Positions 1-10,506 of a DNA stretch of 64,000 nucleotides are shown one piece after another; positions within the stretch are counted from its first letter, which is position 1, and each line of letters begins with the position of its first letter. A model generated the notes under the pieces. That model worked only from the letters and a program-made list of their open reading frames with translations, made no database searches and was not told the origin of the DNA. Source of the stretch: Parachlamydiales bacterium (GTDB taxonomy: Bacteria > Chlamydiota > Chlamydiia > Chlamydiales > JAEYWL01). The position numbers were made by a program, and so were the translations under genes. The DNA is taken from the NCBI GenBank assembly GCA_020054065.1, contig JAGVLX010000002.1:1054-65053 (forward strand), given 5' to 3'.

Positions 1-975
1 TTTGATCTCATTCAAGGATTTTTTACCAAAATTTCTAAATTCAAGCATTTTGCGTTCTGGAATCGAAACGAGTTCAGCGATCGTTTCGATATTCGCACCG
101 CTCAAGCAGTTTGTCGAACGAACCGAAAGCTCGATCTCATCGATGCGGAGAGCCAGTTTCTCCATCATCTCATCGGAGTCTGTATCTTCCCCTTCTAGTC
201 CTTCATCAAAGACTAACGCATGGGACTTGATTTTGTTGAACACTTCATAGTGCTTGGTCGCGATTTGCGCGGCAAACGTCAACGCTTCAACTGGCGTAAT
301 ACGCCCATCGGTCGTGACTTCCAAAATCAACCGGTCAAAGTCGGTGTCTTGTCCAACGCGTGTGTTTTCGACGAAGTAGTTAACCAAACGGACAGGTGAA
401 AAGGCAGAGTCGATCAAGATTTCGTCAATGGCCTTATCTTTGACGGTATGGCGTTCTGATGGCACATATCCGCGTCCGATGGCGACTTTCAAGTCGATCT
501 GACGCTTCATTGGCTTCGTCACGGTATAGATATGTAGGTCAGGGTTGACCACTTCGTAATTTCCATCGGCGATAATATGGCCGAGCTTGACGGAGTGCTG
601 TCCCTTGCCTTTATCGATATCGGATTGGGTCACTTCAATCACTTTCGTGATGACACGGAAATCACGTGCGGAAGGTTGGTCGTCGGTCGGCAGTTTGCGC
701 AACAGAGCACCCTTTAAGTTAAGGATGATGTTGGTCATGTCTTCTACGATGCCTTCGATCGACATGTACTCATGCGGAATCCCTTCGATGCGTACAGAGA
801 TGATCGCGGGTGCTTCCAGAGAGGATAGCATGATCCGTCTCATAGAGTTGCCGATGGTGTGTCCAAAGCCACGTTCAAACGGCTCTGCAATAAATCTTGC
901 AAAGGTGTTTGTCGACTTTGTTTCATCGACGACTATCTTTTGGGGCATCTCGAATTTGCCGTATTTTACTGACAT
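1..975 (-). CDS. rpoA: DNA-directed RNA polymerase subunit alpha (3' end beyond window)
   Basis: Missing from the ORF track because it runs off the left edge. Reverse translation from ATG at 975 gives MSVKYGKFEMPQKIVVDE..FARFIAEPFERGFGHTIGNSMRRIMLSSLEAPAI..VENTRVGQDTDFDRLILEV..IDEIELSVRSTNCL, open to base 1. It lies downstream of rpsK as in Chlamydia. Confidence 0.93.
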   Translation of the reverse strand, partial: MSVKYGKFEMPQKIVVDETKSTNTFARFIAEPFERGFGHTIGNSMRRIMLSSLEAPAIISVRIEGIPHEYMSIEGIVEDMTNIILNLKGALLRKLPTDDQPSARDFRVITKVIEVTQSDIDKGKGQHSVKLGHIIADGNYEVVNPDLHIYTVTKPMKRQIDLKVAIGRGYVPSERHTVKDKAIDEILIDSAFSPVRLVNYFVENTRVGQDTDFDRLILEVTTDGRITPVEALTFAAQIATKHYEVFNKIKSHALVFDEGLEGEDTDSDEMMEKLALRIDEIELSVRSTNCLSGANIETIAELVSIPERKMLEFRNFGKKSLNEIK

Positions 976-1024
976 GTATTTAAACTCCCGATGGTAACTT
1001 GATTACGGTACTCTTAAAGCTATC

Positions 1025-1444
1025 CTAAACGCATCTTCTCTTTCTAGCTCTGCAGCCGTTATGCGGCACAGGCGTCGTATCGCGAATGATCGTCAAATTC
1101 AACCCTGCGCTTTGCAGGCCTCTGACAGCCGATTCACGGCCGGCACCAGGACCATTCAGGTTGACTTCAACATCGCGCAATCCGGCAGCCATGGCGATTT
1201 TGGCTGCATCTTGAGCAGCAACCGTCGCGGCGAACGCGGAGGATTTGCGGGAACCGGAGAAATTGACTTTACCGGCGGATGACCATGCGATCACTTTACC
1301 GGATGGATCGGTGATCGAGATGATGGTATTGTTAAAGCTAGCTTTAACATGTGCGACGCCGTTGGTGAACGTGAGTGCGGTACGTTTCTTAGCTTTAACA
1401 GGTTTTTTAGCGGGGGTAGCTGGTTGTTGTGGCTTAGTATTCAA
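1025..1444 (-). CDS. rpsK: 30S ribosomal protein S11
   Basis: [41 protein letters not shown]. The first codon is TTG, with an in-frame stop 3 codons upstream and AGGAG 9 nt upstream. Confidence 0.95.
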   Translation of the reverse strand: MNTKPQQPATPAKKPVKAKKRTALTFTNGVAHVKASFNNTIISITDPSGKVIAWSSAGKVNFSGSRKSSAFAATVAAQDAAKIAMAAGLRDVEVNLNGPGAGRESAVRGLQSAGLNLTIIRDTTPVPHNGCRARKRRCV

Positions 1445-1459
1445 GGTTAGTTACTCCTG

Positions 1460-1828
1460 TTATTTCTTCTTATTGGCTACGGTTTTGCGTTTACCTTTAC
1501 GTGTACGCGAATTGGTGCGTGTTCTTTGTCCACGAACCGGCAATCCGAGACGATGACGCATGCCGCGATAAGAATGGATGCTGACTAAACGCTTGATGTT
1601 GTTTTGAACCTGGCGACGCAAGTCCCCTTCCACGACATAGTCCGTTTGGATGACGCCTTGGATTCTGGCGATGTCATCCGGCGTGAGTTTATGTGCGCGC
1701 ATATCGGGGTCGAGTCCGAGTTTTGCGATGATTTCATTCGACACGTGGCGCCCGATACCAAAGATGTATGTCAGGGCAACTTCTAGTCGTTTATTATCCG
1801 GTATGTCGATACCGACAACTCTAGGCAT
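1460..1828 (-). CDS. rpsM: 30S ribosomal protein S13
   Basis: [35 protein letters not shown]. Confidence 0.95.
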   Translation of the reverse strand: MPRVVGIDIPDNKRLEVALTYIFGIGRHVSNEIIAKLGLDPDMRAHKLTPDDIARIQGVIQTDYVVEGDLRRQVQNNIKRLVSIHSYRGMRHRLGLPVRGQRTRTNSRTRKGKRKTVANKKK

Positions 1829-1903
1829 TGATTTCTCCTACATTATTCAAAAAGATACGAAAAGTTTAACAAATTCTTCAATAAGCTTCAAGCAGTAAAG
1901 GCC

Positions 1904-3280
1904 TTAACGCCCTCGTACACGCCCCTTCTTCATAAAGCCATCATAGCGCTTCATAAGTAGATGGGATTCAATCTGTTTCATCGTGTCTAACACCACCCCA
2001 ACCAAGATCAGAAGGGCGGTTCCGCCGAAAAAGTAGCTAATCGTTGGGGACAATCCGAGAAAGCGGCCGATCAGGTTAGGCAAGACAGCGATTGTGGCTA
2101 AAAACAGGGCTCCAAGCAGGGTAATGCGGTTCATGGTCGCTTCAATATACTCTTGGGTGGGGCGTCCTTGGCGGATCCCTGGGATAAAGGCTCCATTTTT
2201 CTTCATTTCCGAGGCAATTTGCTCGGGATGGAACTGCGTCGCGGTCCAGAAGTAGGTCAGTAGAATGATTAAACCGACATAGAGGCCTAGATAAAGGAAC
2301 GAGTTGGAACCTGGGTTAAGCCAGCTTGCCATGACACCCAGGATGTTATCTTGTCCGATCAACCCCCCAATCGTGGCGGGAAACATGAGGAGTGCGGAGG
2401 CAAAGATGACGGGAATGACCCCTGCATAGTTAATTTTTAAAGGGATATAGGAACTCCCCCCTTGGACTTCGCGCCGTCCGACGACCCTGCGGGCATATTG
2501 CAGCGGGATCCGGCGGTGCCCTTGGATAATCAAGATCGTGCCTAAGGTGACGATGACAAATACGATCGCAATGACGACGAGATAAGCAAAGTTTAGCTGT
2601 CCTGGCAATTGAGAGTCGAGGTTCAATTGTTGGATGATGAGTCCGAGCGCGGTAGGGAATTGGGATAAGATCCCTAGGGTAATGATCAAGCTCATGCCGT
2701 TGCCGATGCCGCGGTCGGTGATTTGTTCACCAATCCACATCAAGAACATGGTGCCGGTGGTCATGGTGGCCATCACAACTAAGAAGAACAGCCAAGGGAC
2801 TCCGAACAATTGGACATCGAGCAGTTCGTTGGCGACTAACCCTGGGGCAGCTAAATCCATCCGCATCGCGTAACGGGCAAACACAAACGATTGTAAGAGC
2901 GATAGCCCGACGGTTAGCAAGCGGGTTAATTTATTCACTTTGCGTCTGCCGGCATCTTGGTTCTCTTTGATTTCACGTTGCAGCGATGGGATGACAGCGA
3001 CGAATAGCTGCATCATAATCGATGCGGAGATGTAGGGAACGACCCCTAAGGCGACAACGGTCATTTGGGAGAATGCTCCCCCCGTATAACTATCGACCAA
3101 TTGGAACAGATTCTGTGTGCCGCCAGTCGCGCTGCGCATCATATTAAAGGCGATTTCGCTGTTGATGCCGGGAACGGGGATGAAGTTGCACAAGCGGCAG
3201 ATGACTAACAGCAAAAAGGTGAATAAGATTTTTGCTCGAAGCTCGGGGATCTGAAATACTCGGCTGATGGAGTTGAACAT
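1904..3280 (-). CDS. secY: preprotein translocase subunit SecY
   Basis: Polytopic membrane ORF with [11 protein letters not shown] and [10 protein letters not shown]. Start set at ATG 3280 ([21 protein letters not shown]), which fits SecY N-termini. The track ORF begins 20 codons earlier at 3340. Confidence 0.93.
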   Translation of the reverse strand: MFNSISRVFQIPELRAKILFTFLLLVICRLCNFIPVPGINSEIAFNMMRSATGGTQNLFQLVDSYTGGAFSQMTVVALGVVPYISASIMMQLFVAVIPSLQREIKENQDAGRRKVNKLTRLLTVGLSLLQSFVFARYAMRMDLAAPGLVANELLDVQLFGVPWLFFLVVMATMTTGTMFLMWIGEQITDRGIGNGMSLIITLGILSQFPTALGLIIQQLNLDSQLPGQLNFAYLVVIAIVFVIVTLGTILIIQGHRRIPLQYARRVVGRREVQGGSSYIPLKINYAGVIPVIFASALLMFPATIGGLIGQDNILGVMASWLNPGSNSFLYLGLYVGLIILLTYFWTATQFHPEQIASEMKKNGAFIPGIRQGRPTQEYIEATMNRITLLGALFLATIAVLPNLIGRFLGLSPTISYFFGGTALLILVGVVLDTMKQIESHLLMKRYDGFMKKGRVRGR

Positions 3281-3360
3281 TTCGTTGTCCTTACCGTTTG
3301 AAGGTCGTACAAAGAGACAAGCGGCAGAAATCTGCCGCACATTTCATTTTCGGTAGTTGC

Positions 3361-3807
3361 TTACTTGCCAAAAGGAATTTTGGCTTGCTGCAACTTCTCG
3401 CGTGCTCCGGAAGAGATCGCTGTCACTTCAAAAGTGACTTTTTTGGTCAGGTTACCTTCGCCTAAGATTTTAACTCCGTCGGCGTTGCCTCTGATCAATC
3501 CGCGATCCTTAAGCGTTTCGGCGCTGACAACTTCTCCGTCTTTGAAGAATTTGTCGATTTGCCCTAAGTTAACAGCTTCGTATTCGCGTCTGAAGGGAGC
3601 GTTGCTGAACCCGCGGGTCGGTGTTTTCATGTGAAGGCGCATTTGACCGCCCTCATAGCCCCAGCGGCGTTTGTAACCGGCGCGTGCGCCAGCTCCTTTT
3701 TGACCGCGCGAGCAGGTTTTGCCGCGATTGGATCCAATTCCACGGCCGACGCGCTGGACTTGCTTCCGGCCGCGGCTTTCGTTTTTCAAATTCGATAATT
3801 TAATCAT
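3361..3807 (-). CDS. rplO: 50S ribosomal protein L15
   Basis: GRGIGSNRGKTCSRGQKGAGARAG. The ATG overlaps the rpsE stop (ATGA). Confidence 0.95.
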   Translation of the reverse strand: MIKLSNLKNESRGRKQVQRVGRGIGSNRGKTCSRGQKGAGARAGYKRRWGYEGGQMRLHMKTPTRGFSNAPFRREYEAVNLGQIDKFFKDGEVVSAETLKDRGLIRGNADGVKILGEGNLTKKVTFEVTAISSGAREKLQQAKIPFGK

Positions 3808-4301
3808 GCGATACCTCGCGCTCTCTTAATTTGCTCACGTCTGCGTAAAGCCAAAAGTGCTTTGAATGTTGCACGCACTTGGTTGAGCGGGTTGTTAGCG
3901 CCTAAATTTTTGGCCATGACATCTTTGATGCCGACAGCTTCTAAGATCGCGCGGACTTTGGAGCCGGCGATGACACCTGTACCAGCAGGAGCGGGCTTCA
4001 TCAACACTTGAGCGCCGTCCCATTTCGTGCGAACTTCGTGCGGGATAGTGTTCCCTTCGAGTTCGATGGTGTACATATTTTTACGTGCAGCCTCGCCCCC
4101 TTTACGGATGGCATCGGTCAATTCGTTGGCTTTCGCAAATCCATATCCGACTCTGCCCTTGCCGTCGCCGACCAAGATCAAAGCGGAGAAACTGAATTTA
4201 CGTCCCCCTTTCACAACTTTTGCAGAACGGTTGATATAGAGGACCTTTTCAGTCAGTTCGCTATCGACGTTCTTTTTTGGTGAATCGCTATTTTTTGCCA
4301 T
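3804..4301 (-). CDS. rpsE: 30S ribosomal protein S5
   Basis: INRSAKVVKGGRKFSFSALILVGDGKGRVGYGFAKANE. Confidence 0.95.
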   Translation of the reverse strand: MAKNSDSPKKNVDSELTEKVLYINRSAKVVKGGRKFSFSALILVGDGKGRVGYGFAKANELTDAIRKGGEAARKNMYTIELEGNTIPHEVRTKWDGAQVLMKPAPAGTGVIAGSKVRAILEAVGIKDVMAKNLGANNPLNQVRATFKALLALRRREQIKRARGIA

Positions 4302-4319
4302 TGTTTGTCCTACTAGTGA

Positions 4320-4691
4320 TTAAAGTTTGAGGCCTTTATTGCGGGCCGCATCTGCGATTTCAGCAAGGATGCCATGATATTTGAAAGGGCCTCTATCAAA
4401 CAAGACTTCTTTAACATTTTTTTGTTTGGCGATGTCAGCAATCAGTTCGCCCAATTTTTTAGCGGAAGCTTTATTCTTTTTACCGAATTCAGACTTCTTC
4501 AATTCTTTAGATTGGGTGGAGACTGAACCAAGCGTTACGCCGGCTTCATCGTCGATCAACTGCACGCTGATATGTTTGTTGCTTTTGAAGACGCTGAGGC
4601 GTGGCTTTGCGCTGTTCCCTCTCAGTTGGGCACGGACACGCAGGGCTCTTTTATTTCGTCTGACTCTACTATTTAATTGTTGGTTGATCAT
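4320..4691 (-). CDS. rplR: 50S ribosomal protein L18
   Basis: PRLSVFKSNKHISVQLIDD..VLFDRGPFKYHGILAEIADAAR. Confidence 0.95.
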   Translation of the reverse strand: MINQQLNSRVRRNKRALRVRAQLRGNSAKPRLSVFKSNKHISVQLIDDEAGVTLGSVSTQSKELKKSEFGKKNKASAKKLGELIADIAKQKNVKEVLFDRGPFKYHGILAEIADAARNKGLKL

Positions 4692-4721
4692 ACAACTTAG
4701 CCTTTTAACAACTCGTGTTTA

Positions 4722-5270
4722 TTACTTTTTAGCGGCCGCAGCAGCTTTACCGGCTTTCTTACGGACATATTCGCCTGCATAACGGATCCCTTTTCCTTGG
4801 TAAGGTTCGGGTGGACGCACAGCACGGATCGACGCAGCGAATTGGCCGACGGTTTGTTTGTCGATTCCCGTGATCGATAAGGCGGTCCCCTTATCAATTT
4901 TTACAGTGACACCGGCAGGAATCGGCAGCTTAACCGGGTGGGAGAAACCGATTTGGATATCGAGCAGGTTGCCTTGGACGGCAGCACGATAACCGACACC
5001 GATCATCTCCAATTTTGTTTCGAACCCCTGGGTTGTTCCAACCACCATGTTGTTGATGAGGGAACGGTAGAGTCCGTGGAATTTGCTTAAAGATGGATCG
5101 TCGTTTGTCGTTCCAACAATCAATTGGGTTCCGTCTTGCTTAACGGTGATTCCATCCATCAGATCACGTTCCAAGGTACCTTTCGGACCTTTGACCGAGA
5201 TGTGTTTGCCTGTAATTTTGACTTCTACTCCTTTTGGGAGAGGAATCGGAAATTTACCTTTGCGGGACAT
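4722..5270 (-). CDS. rplF: 50S ribosomal protein L6
   Basis: MSRKGKFPIPLPKGVEVKI..GVGYRA..PEPYQGKGIRY. Confidence 0.95.
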   Translation of the reverse strand: MSRKGKFPIPLPKGVEVKITGKHISVKGPKGTLERDLMDGITVKQDGTQLIVGTTNDDPSLSKFHGLYRSLINNMVVGTTQGFETKLEMIGVGYRAAVQGNLLDIQIGFSHPVKLPIPAGVTVKIDKGTALSITGIDKQTVGQFAASIRAVRPPEPYQGKGIRYAGEYVRKKAGKAAAAAKK

Positions 5271-5314
5271 TGCTCTATTACTCCTTCATTACCTTATCGT
5301 TACCACACATTGAA

Positions 5315-5713
5315 CTACCACACTAGGCACAGTAGTTCGCCTCCAACTTTCCGTTTGTGTGCTTCCGCTCCGGAAAGGACGCCTTGCGATGTGGATAGAA
5401 TAGCTACCCCTTGTCCGCCAAAGAACATCGGGATATCTTCGAATCCGACATATTTTCTCAGTCCAGGCGAAGAAACACGTTTCAGTCCGGTAATCACAGG
5501 ACGGCGGGCGTCTGCGTACTTCAGGTAGATCCGTATTTGCGGAATGCCGCCTTCTTTTTTGACAGCATAGTTTTCAATAAAGCCGAGGTTTTTCAACAGG
5601 TCGGCGATATTTTCCTTCATTTTACTCCAATTCACATCAACATAACGATGTTGTGCTGCAAGGGCATTGCGTATTCTTGTCAGAAAATCGGCAATGGGAT
5701 CGGTTGGTCTCAT
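5315..5713 (-). CDS. rpsH: 30S ribosomal protein S8
   Basis: DPIADFLTRIRNA..GVAILSTSQGVLS..GGELLCLVW. Confidence 0.95.
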   Translation of the reverse strand: MRPTDPIADFLTRIRNALAAQHRYVDVNWSKMKENIADLLKNLGFIENYAVKKEGGIPQIRIYLKYADARRPVITGLKRVSSPGLRKYVGFEDIPMFFGGQGVAILSTSQGVLSGAEAHKRKVGGELLCLVW

Positions 5714-5729
5714 TTAAATCTCTCCTCTT

Positions 5730-6293
5730 TTACGCAGCTACTACGATTGGTAAGTTTTTAAACGGCAGGCCCAGCAGGCGCAGAAGCTCCACACACTCTT
5801 CGTCGGTTTTGGCAGAAGTCACAAATGTGATGTTCATCCCTTGGGCGCGCTTGACTTTATCAAGGTTCAATTCGGGGAAGACTTGGTGGTCATCGATCCC
5901 GAGGGTATAGTTCCCTTGACCGTCGCATTGGACATTAAAGCCTCTAAAGTCGCGGATGCGTGGGCACACGATATTGAAGAAGCGGTCGAGGAATTCGAAC
6001 ATCCGGACGCCGCGCAAGGTGACTTTAACACCAATGGGCTGGCCTTTGCGGAGTTTGAAATTCGAGATCGCTTTTTTCGCTTTGGTCACAACGGCTTTTT
6101 GGCCGGCCAAGAGCGTCATCTCGTTCACGCAGTCCTGAGTCGCATTTTTATCTTTAGAAGGTTCGGCAATTCCCATATTCATCACTACTTTCAATAAAGC
6201 AGGGACTTGCATTGGGTTTGCGTACTCGAACTTCTTCTGAAGCTCAGGTTTAATTACTTTTTTATAACGTTCCTTTAATCTAGACATTGTCAT
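5730..6293 (-). CDS. rplE: 50S ribosomal protein L5
   Basis: MSRLKERYKKVIKPELQKKFEYANPMQVP. Start is ATG 6293 or ATG 6287. Confidence 0.95.
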   Translation of the reverse strand: MTMSRLKERYKKVIKPELQKKFEYANPMQVPALLKVVMNMGIAEPSKDKNATQDCVNEMTLLAGQKAVVTKAKKAISNFKLRKGQPIGVKVTLRGVRMFEFLDRFFNIVCPRIRDFRGFNVQCDGQGNYTLGIDDHQVFPELNLDKVKRAQGMNITFVTSAKTDEECVELLRLLGLPFKNLPIVVAA

Positions 6294-6314
6294 TCATTCC
6301 CATCGGATTGATGA

Positions 6315-6671
6315 TTAAGCCGGCGCTTTTCTAACCGGTCTGTAAGTCACTTCTTTTTTGCCGTCGTTAAAGTAAAAGACTTTATGGTGGTCTTTTCCAG
6401 CCGTCTTTACTTTCAACTTAACGGTTTTGTCATCTTCTACACAGAGCATGACGTTCGAGATATGGATCGGACGTTCGATCGAGAGGATATTTCCTTTCTG
6501 CCCTTGTTGTGTAGGTTTCACGTGTTTTTTACGTACGTTGACGCCTTGCACGGTCACGGTTTCGGCGTCACGTTTGATGACGGTTCCGACTTGGCCGCGG
6601 TAGTTGCCAGCGATCACTTTTACTTTGTCGCCTTTGCGGATTTTTTTATTCGTATTGGTTTTAACGCTCAT
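6315..6671 (-). CDS. rplX: 50S ribosomal protein L24
   Basis: IRKGDKVKVIAGNYRGQVGTV (KOW motif). Confidence 0.93.
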   Translation of the reverse strand: MSVKTNTNKKIRKGDKVKVIAGNYRGQVGTVIKRDAETVTVQGVNVRKKHVKPTQQGQKGNILSIERPIHISNVMLCVEDDKTVKLKVKTAGKDHHKVFYFNDGKKEVTYRPVRKAPA

Positions 6672-6684
6672 TTATAGCCTCGCT

Positions 6685-7053
6685 TTAAATCACTTCAGGC
6701 GCCAGTGAACAGATTTTGACATACCCTCTGTCGCGAACTTCGCGCGCTACAGGTCCAAAGATACGTGTTCCGAGCGGGTTGCCTTTGTCGTCGATCAAGA
6801 CGCAGCTGTTGGAATCGAAGCACAGTTCAGAGCCATCCGCGCGGCGGATTTTACTCTTCGTGCGGACGATCACAGCGCGGACGACCTGCCCTTTCTTTAC
6901 GCTGCCTTCTGGGTCTGCATCTTTAACGGAGCAGATAATAATGTCGCCTGTCTGGGCATAGCGCCGCTTACTTCCGCCAAGCACTTTGAAGCATTTGACA
7001 CGCTTTGCGCCCGAGTTATCAGCGACTTTCAGTTGTGTTTCTTGCTGGATCAT
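6685..7053 (-). CDS. rplN: 50S ribosomal protein L14
   Basis: [28 protein letters not shown]. Confidence 0.96.
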   Translation of the reverse strand: MIQQETQLKVADNSGAKRVKCFKVLGGSKRRYAQTGDIIICSVKDADPEGSVKKGQVVRAVIVRTKSKIRRADGSELCFDSNSCVLIDDKGNPLGTRIFGPVAREVRDRGYVKICSLAPEVI

Positions 7054-7082
7054 ACGTTTGATTCCACTTTTTGCTTATACGT

Positions 7083-7334
7083 TTACTCTGTTTCGACAAC
7101 TCTCCAGCGCTTCAGTTTTGAAAGCGGCCGGGTTTCCATAATTGTCACGGTATCCCCGATTTGGAGGGGTTTATCTTCATTGTGCGCGTAGTATTTCTTC
7201 GCTTGCTCGACAACTTTGCCGTAGCGCGGATGTCTTAAGGTCCGGGTCACTTTTACGACCACAGTCTTTTGCATCTTATTCGAGACGACGACGCCTTTTT
7301 TGAGCTTGCGACTCGCGCGTGATTGCTGTTCCAT
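7083..7334 (-). CDS. rpsQ: 30S ribosomal protein S17
   Basis: [29 protein letters not shown]. Confidence 0.94.
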   Translation of the reverse strand: MEQQSRASRKLKKGVVVSNKMQKTVVVKVTRTLRHPRYGKVVEQAKKYYAHNEDKPLQIGDTVTIMETRPLSKLKRWRVVETE

Positions 7335-7336
7335 GA

Positions 7337-7543
7337 TTACCTCGTGGCCTTCATTTCTTTTTCGGTCAACACGGTCAAGATGCGTGCGATCTCTCTGCGT
7401 GTCTGCTCAATTAAATGGGGTTTTTCAAACTTTTTCTCTTGCGAGCGTTGGTTGATGTGCTGAAAAAGCTCTTTCCTTTTATCATCCAGGATGGCTTTCA
7501 GCTCGTCAACAGACTGATCGCGATGTTCCTTAGCTTTTGACAT
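7337..7543 (-). CDS. rpmC: 50S ribosomal protein L29
   Basis: Start set at ATG 7543 ([16 protein letters not shown]), with AAGGA upstream, 10 nt after the rplP stop. The longer track ORF (to 7576) would overlap rplP. Confidence 0.9.
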   Translation of the reverse strand: MSKAKEHRDQSVDELKAILDDKRKELFQHINQRSQEKKFEKPHLIEQTRREIARILTVLTEKEMKATR

Positions 7544-7553
7544 AGTTGAATCC

Positions 7554-7973
7554 TTATACCTGTTCGACACGTTCAACGAAACGGGTCTTGAGTCCTAGTT
7601 TAGCAGCTGCGCGTCTTAAGGCGCTTTGAGCGACGTCTTTGGGCACGTTCGCCACTTCAAACAGCACACGTCCCGGGCGCACAACGGCTACCCAGTGGTC
7701 AACGCCCCCTTTACCTTTACCCATCCGAACCTCTGCAGGCTTCTTGGTGACGGGTTTATCGGGGAAAATGCGGATCCACACTTTTCCACGGCGGTTAAAG
7801 TAACGGTTGATCGCCACACGGGCGGCTTCGATTTGCTTGTCGGTAATCCAACCGCGTTCGAGCACTTGCATGCCGAATTCGCCGAAGTGGACGAAATTCC
7901 CGGAACGGCTGATCCCGGCGTGCTGCCCTTTTTGCATTTTGCGGTGTTTAGTACGTTTTGGCATTAAAGGCAT
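7554..7973 (-). CDS. rplP: 50S ribosomal protein L16
   Basis: [33 protein letters not shown]. Start is ATG 7973 or 7964. Confidence 0.95.
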   Translation of the reverse strand: MPLMPKRTKHRKMQKGQHAGISRSGNFVHFGEFGMQVLERGWITDKQIEAARVAINRYFNRRGKVWIRIFPDKPVTKKPAEVRMGKGKGGVDHWVAVVRPGRVLFEVANVPKDVAQSALRRAAAKLGLKTRFVERVEQV

Positions 7974-7978
7974 GGTAA

Positions 7979-8623
7979 TTACGCCCCCTTATTAACGGTG
8001 TTCTCGTCACCGCGGTAAATCCACACTTTGACTCCAATGCTGCCATAGGTGGTTTCTGCGCGGCCTGTTGCATAGTCGATGTCGGCTCTAAGGGTATGTA
8101 AAGGGGTGCTGCCCTCTTTATATCCCTCGGTACGGGCAATTTCAGATCCGGCTAAACGTCCGGATACTTGAACTTTGATTCCCAATGCGCCGGCGTCGAG
8201 TGTAGACTGCATCGCTTTTTTCATGGCGCGGCGGAAAGGGATCCGTCTTTCGAGTTGTTTTGCGATCCCGTCGGCGACGATTTTGGCGTCGAGGTCAGGG
8301 CGCTTGATCTCTTCCACTTCGATCCATACTTCTTTACCGGTCAGTTTGAAGAGTTCATTCTTCAATACATCGATTTCGGAACCTTTTTTCCCGATGACCA
8401 AACCTGGCCGTGCGGTTACGATAGTGACTTCGATCTTATCGCTCATCCGTTTGATGCGGATGGTCGCCGTACCTTGGCAAACGGGCTTTTTGAGCAGATA
8501 GTCACGGATCATTTGGTCTTCAATGAGCAGTGTGCCGAACTCTTTTTTGTTAGCATACCATTTGGAGCGCCAGTTTTTGTTGCGTACGAGCCGGAAACTG
8601 ACTGGATTTACTTTTTGTCCCAT
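7979..8623 (-). CDS. rpsC: 30S ribosomal protein S3
   Basis: [14 protein letters not shown]-domain [22 protein letters not shown]. Confidence 0.95.
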   Translation of the reverse strand: MGQKVNPVSFRLVRNKNWRSKWYANKKEFGTLLIEDQMIRDYLLKKPVCQGTATIRIKRMSDKIEVTIVTARPGLVIGKKGSEIDVLKNELFKLTGKEVWIEVEEIKRPDLDAKIVADGIAKQLERRIPFRRAMKKAMQSTLDAGALGIKVQVSGRLAGSEIARTEGYKEGSTPLHTLRADIDYATGRAETTYGSIGVKVWIYRGDENTVNKGA

Positions 8624-8626
8624 GTT

Positions 8627-8965
8627 CTATTCTCCTTGACCTACAACAACGGTGAAGTGGCTGGTTCTTTTAATGATCGCGTGGGAGCCGCCTTTGTTTT
8701 TGGGCTTGCTCCGTTTCATGCGCGGGCCTTCGTCAACGCGCACTTCAACCACTTTCAGGTTATCACGGCGCAGTTCGAGTTGTGTTTCCGCGTTAGCGAC
8801 GGCGCTGTCGAGGGTTTTCTTCAGCAAACGGCCAGCTTTAAGCTGGCTGAATTCGAGTTGCACAGAGGCCTGTGCGACTGGAAGTCCGCGGATGAGCCCA
8901 GCAGCAAGGCGTGCTTTCCTTGGGCTTATTCTGACATATTTTGTTTTCGCTGTTGCATTAGCCAT
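8627..8965 (-). CDS. rplV: 50S ribosomal protein L22
   Basis: KYVRISPRKARLAAGLIRG..KRTSHFTVVV. Confidence 0.94.
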   Translation of the reverse strand: MANATAKTKYVRISPRKARLAAGLIRGLPVAQASVQLEFSQLKAGRLLKKTLDSAVANAETQLELRRDNLKVVEVRVDEGPRMKRSKPKNKGGSHAIIKRTSHFTVVVGQGE

Positions 8966-8979
8966 GATTGATTACCTTG

Positions 8980-9270
8980 TTACGAGGCTGCAGGGGTTGC
9001 AGCTGCTGCAGTTTTCTTTGGGTGTCCTTTAAAGATACGGGTAGGCGAAAACTCGCCGAGCCTATGCCCGACCATATTTTCGGATACGAACACCGTAATA
9101 AACTTACGTCCGTTATGAACGTCAAATGTATGTCCGATCATTTCGGGAATGATCATCGAACGGCGCGACCATGTTTTGATCGGCTTTTTGCTGCCTTCTT
9201 TATTCTGTTTCCCGACTTTTGCAAGAAGGTGGTGGTCAACAAACGGGCCTTTTTTTAATGATCTTGCCAT
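8980..9270 (-). CDS. rpsS: 30S ribosomal protein S19
   Basis: [35 protein letters not shown]. Confidence 0.95.
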   Translation of the reverse strand: MARSLKKGPFVDHHLLAKVGKQNKEGSKKPIKTWSRRSMIIPEMIGHTFDVHNGRKFITVFVSENMVGHRLGEFSPTRIFKGHPKKTAAAATPAAS

Positions 9271-9272
9271 AG

Positions 9273-10118
9273 TTATTTCTTCCTTCTATCTTTCACAATA
9301 AACTTCGTAGACTTCTTGAGGGATCTTGTGCGGAGCCCTTTCGTAAAGAGAGCCCAAGGTGTTTGAGGAATATTCCCTTTGTGGCGTCCTTCACCACCCC
9401 CGTGTGGGTGGTCGACCGGGTTCATTGCCGTCCCGCGGACAGTGGGACGGATCCCTTTCCAACGGATGCGTCCGGCTTTCCCTTCCACGCGCAGGTTGTG
9501 CTCGGGGTTGGAGACAGCGCCGAAGGTCGCACGGCAGTTTTCGTTGATGAGGCGTACTTCGCCAGACGGCATGCGGATCGTTGCGTAGCCGTCACTACGG
9601 GCCATTAGCTGAGCTGAGAGGCCGGCGGAGCGGACGAGTTGTGCGCCTTTGCCTGGTTTCATTTCGATATTATGGATCGTCGCACCGAGCGGCATAAATT
9701 TGAGACGCATGCAGCAGCCGACGCTAAATGGCGGTTGGTCGCTGGTTTGGACGGTGTCCCCTTGCTTAAGCCCTTGCGGAGCGATGATATAACGCTTTTC
9801 CCCGTCAGCATAGTTCAGGAGCGCGATGTAAGCAGAACGGTTAGGATCGTATTCGATCGAGGCAACGCGGGCTGGGATATTCTCTTTATCCCGCTTAAAG
9901 TCGATCACCCGGTAGTGGCGCTTATGGCCGCCGCCGCGATGACGGCAAGTGATGTGACCGTGGTTATCGCGTCCATTGGTTCTTCTTTTGGGAAGGAGGA
10001 GCGATTTTTGCGGTTTAACGGTTGCGCGTGTGCCATCGGCTTTACGGGTCAGTTCTTCATTCATCGGAAGAATGAGCTGTCTGGTCCCTGGCGTAATCGG
10101 TCTGAATTTCTTTAACAT
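9273..10118 (-). CDS. rplB: 50S ribosomal protein L2
   Basis: Start set at ATG 10118 ([14 protein letters not shown]); the track ORF begins at a TTG 3 codons upstream. [25 protein letters not shown]. Confidence 0.95.
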   Translation of the reverse strand: MLKKFRPITPGTRQLILPMNEELTRKADGTRATVKPQKSLLLPKRRTNGRDNHGHITCRHRGGGHKRHYRVIDFKRDKENIPARVASIEYDPNRSAYIALLNYADGEKRYIIAPQGLKQGDTVQTSDQPPFSVGCCMRLKFMPLGATIHNIEMKPGKGAQLVRSAGLSAQLMARSDGYATIRMPSGEVRLINENCRATFGAVSNPEHNLRVEGKAGRIRWKGIRPTVRGTAMNPVDHPHGGGEGRHKGNIPQTPWALFTKGLRTRSLKKSTKFIVKDRRKK

Positions 10119-10132
10119 AGTCGTCAACTCCT

Positions 10133-10471
10133 TTAAACGTTATCCAGGGTGTCTTTCGGTTCAAGGGTCACGATCGCTTTTTTGAAAGCGCTCTTATTGC
10201 CGCGTCCAAATTTGTTTTGGCGGGTTGGCTTCGCTCTCACATTGATCGTATTGACAGCGACCACTTTAATGTGCTTGTCGCTGTAGATCGCCTCGACTGC
10301 TTGCGCAATCTCCGCTTTGTTAGCATTGCGGTCGACGATGAACACATACTTGGGATTTTCGCAGCGTGCGACAGACTTGTTGCTCTTAGCATCTTTGAGG
10401 TGCTCAAGCACAACAGCTTTTTCGGTGACATGCCGACGCTTGATGATGTCGTATGGATTTTTTGCGGTCAT
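10133..10471 (-). CDS. rplW: 50S ribosomal protein L23
   Basis: [28 protein letters not shown], located between rplD and rplB. Confidence 0.92.
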   Translation of the reverse strand: MTAKNPYDIIKRRHVTEKAVVLEHLKDAKSNKSVARCENPKYVFIVDRNANKAEIAQAVEAIYSDKHIKVVAVNTINVRAKPTRQNKFGRGNKSAFKKAIVTLEPKDTLDNV

Positions 10472-10506
10472 TTGATTGTCCTAATTTAAAACCTTTCTCA
10501 CCTAGT

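Noticed and set aside
3281-3340. N-terminal extensions given by the ORF track for secY (3340), rlmN (48304), the rlu gene (40685), rpmC (7576), rplB (10127), trxA (34850) and glyQS (51508)
   Set aside because: The extensions are non-homologous, overlap upstream genes or repeats, or begin at TTG when a downstream ATG with an SD matches the family N-terminus.
8168-8971. 267-aa plus-strand ORF (and many 60-130 aa ORFs) antisense to the ribosomal protein genes
   Set aside because: They fully overlap strongly conserved r-protein CDSs on the other strand and show no recognisable motifs. They are typical shadow ORFs.
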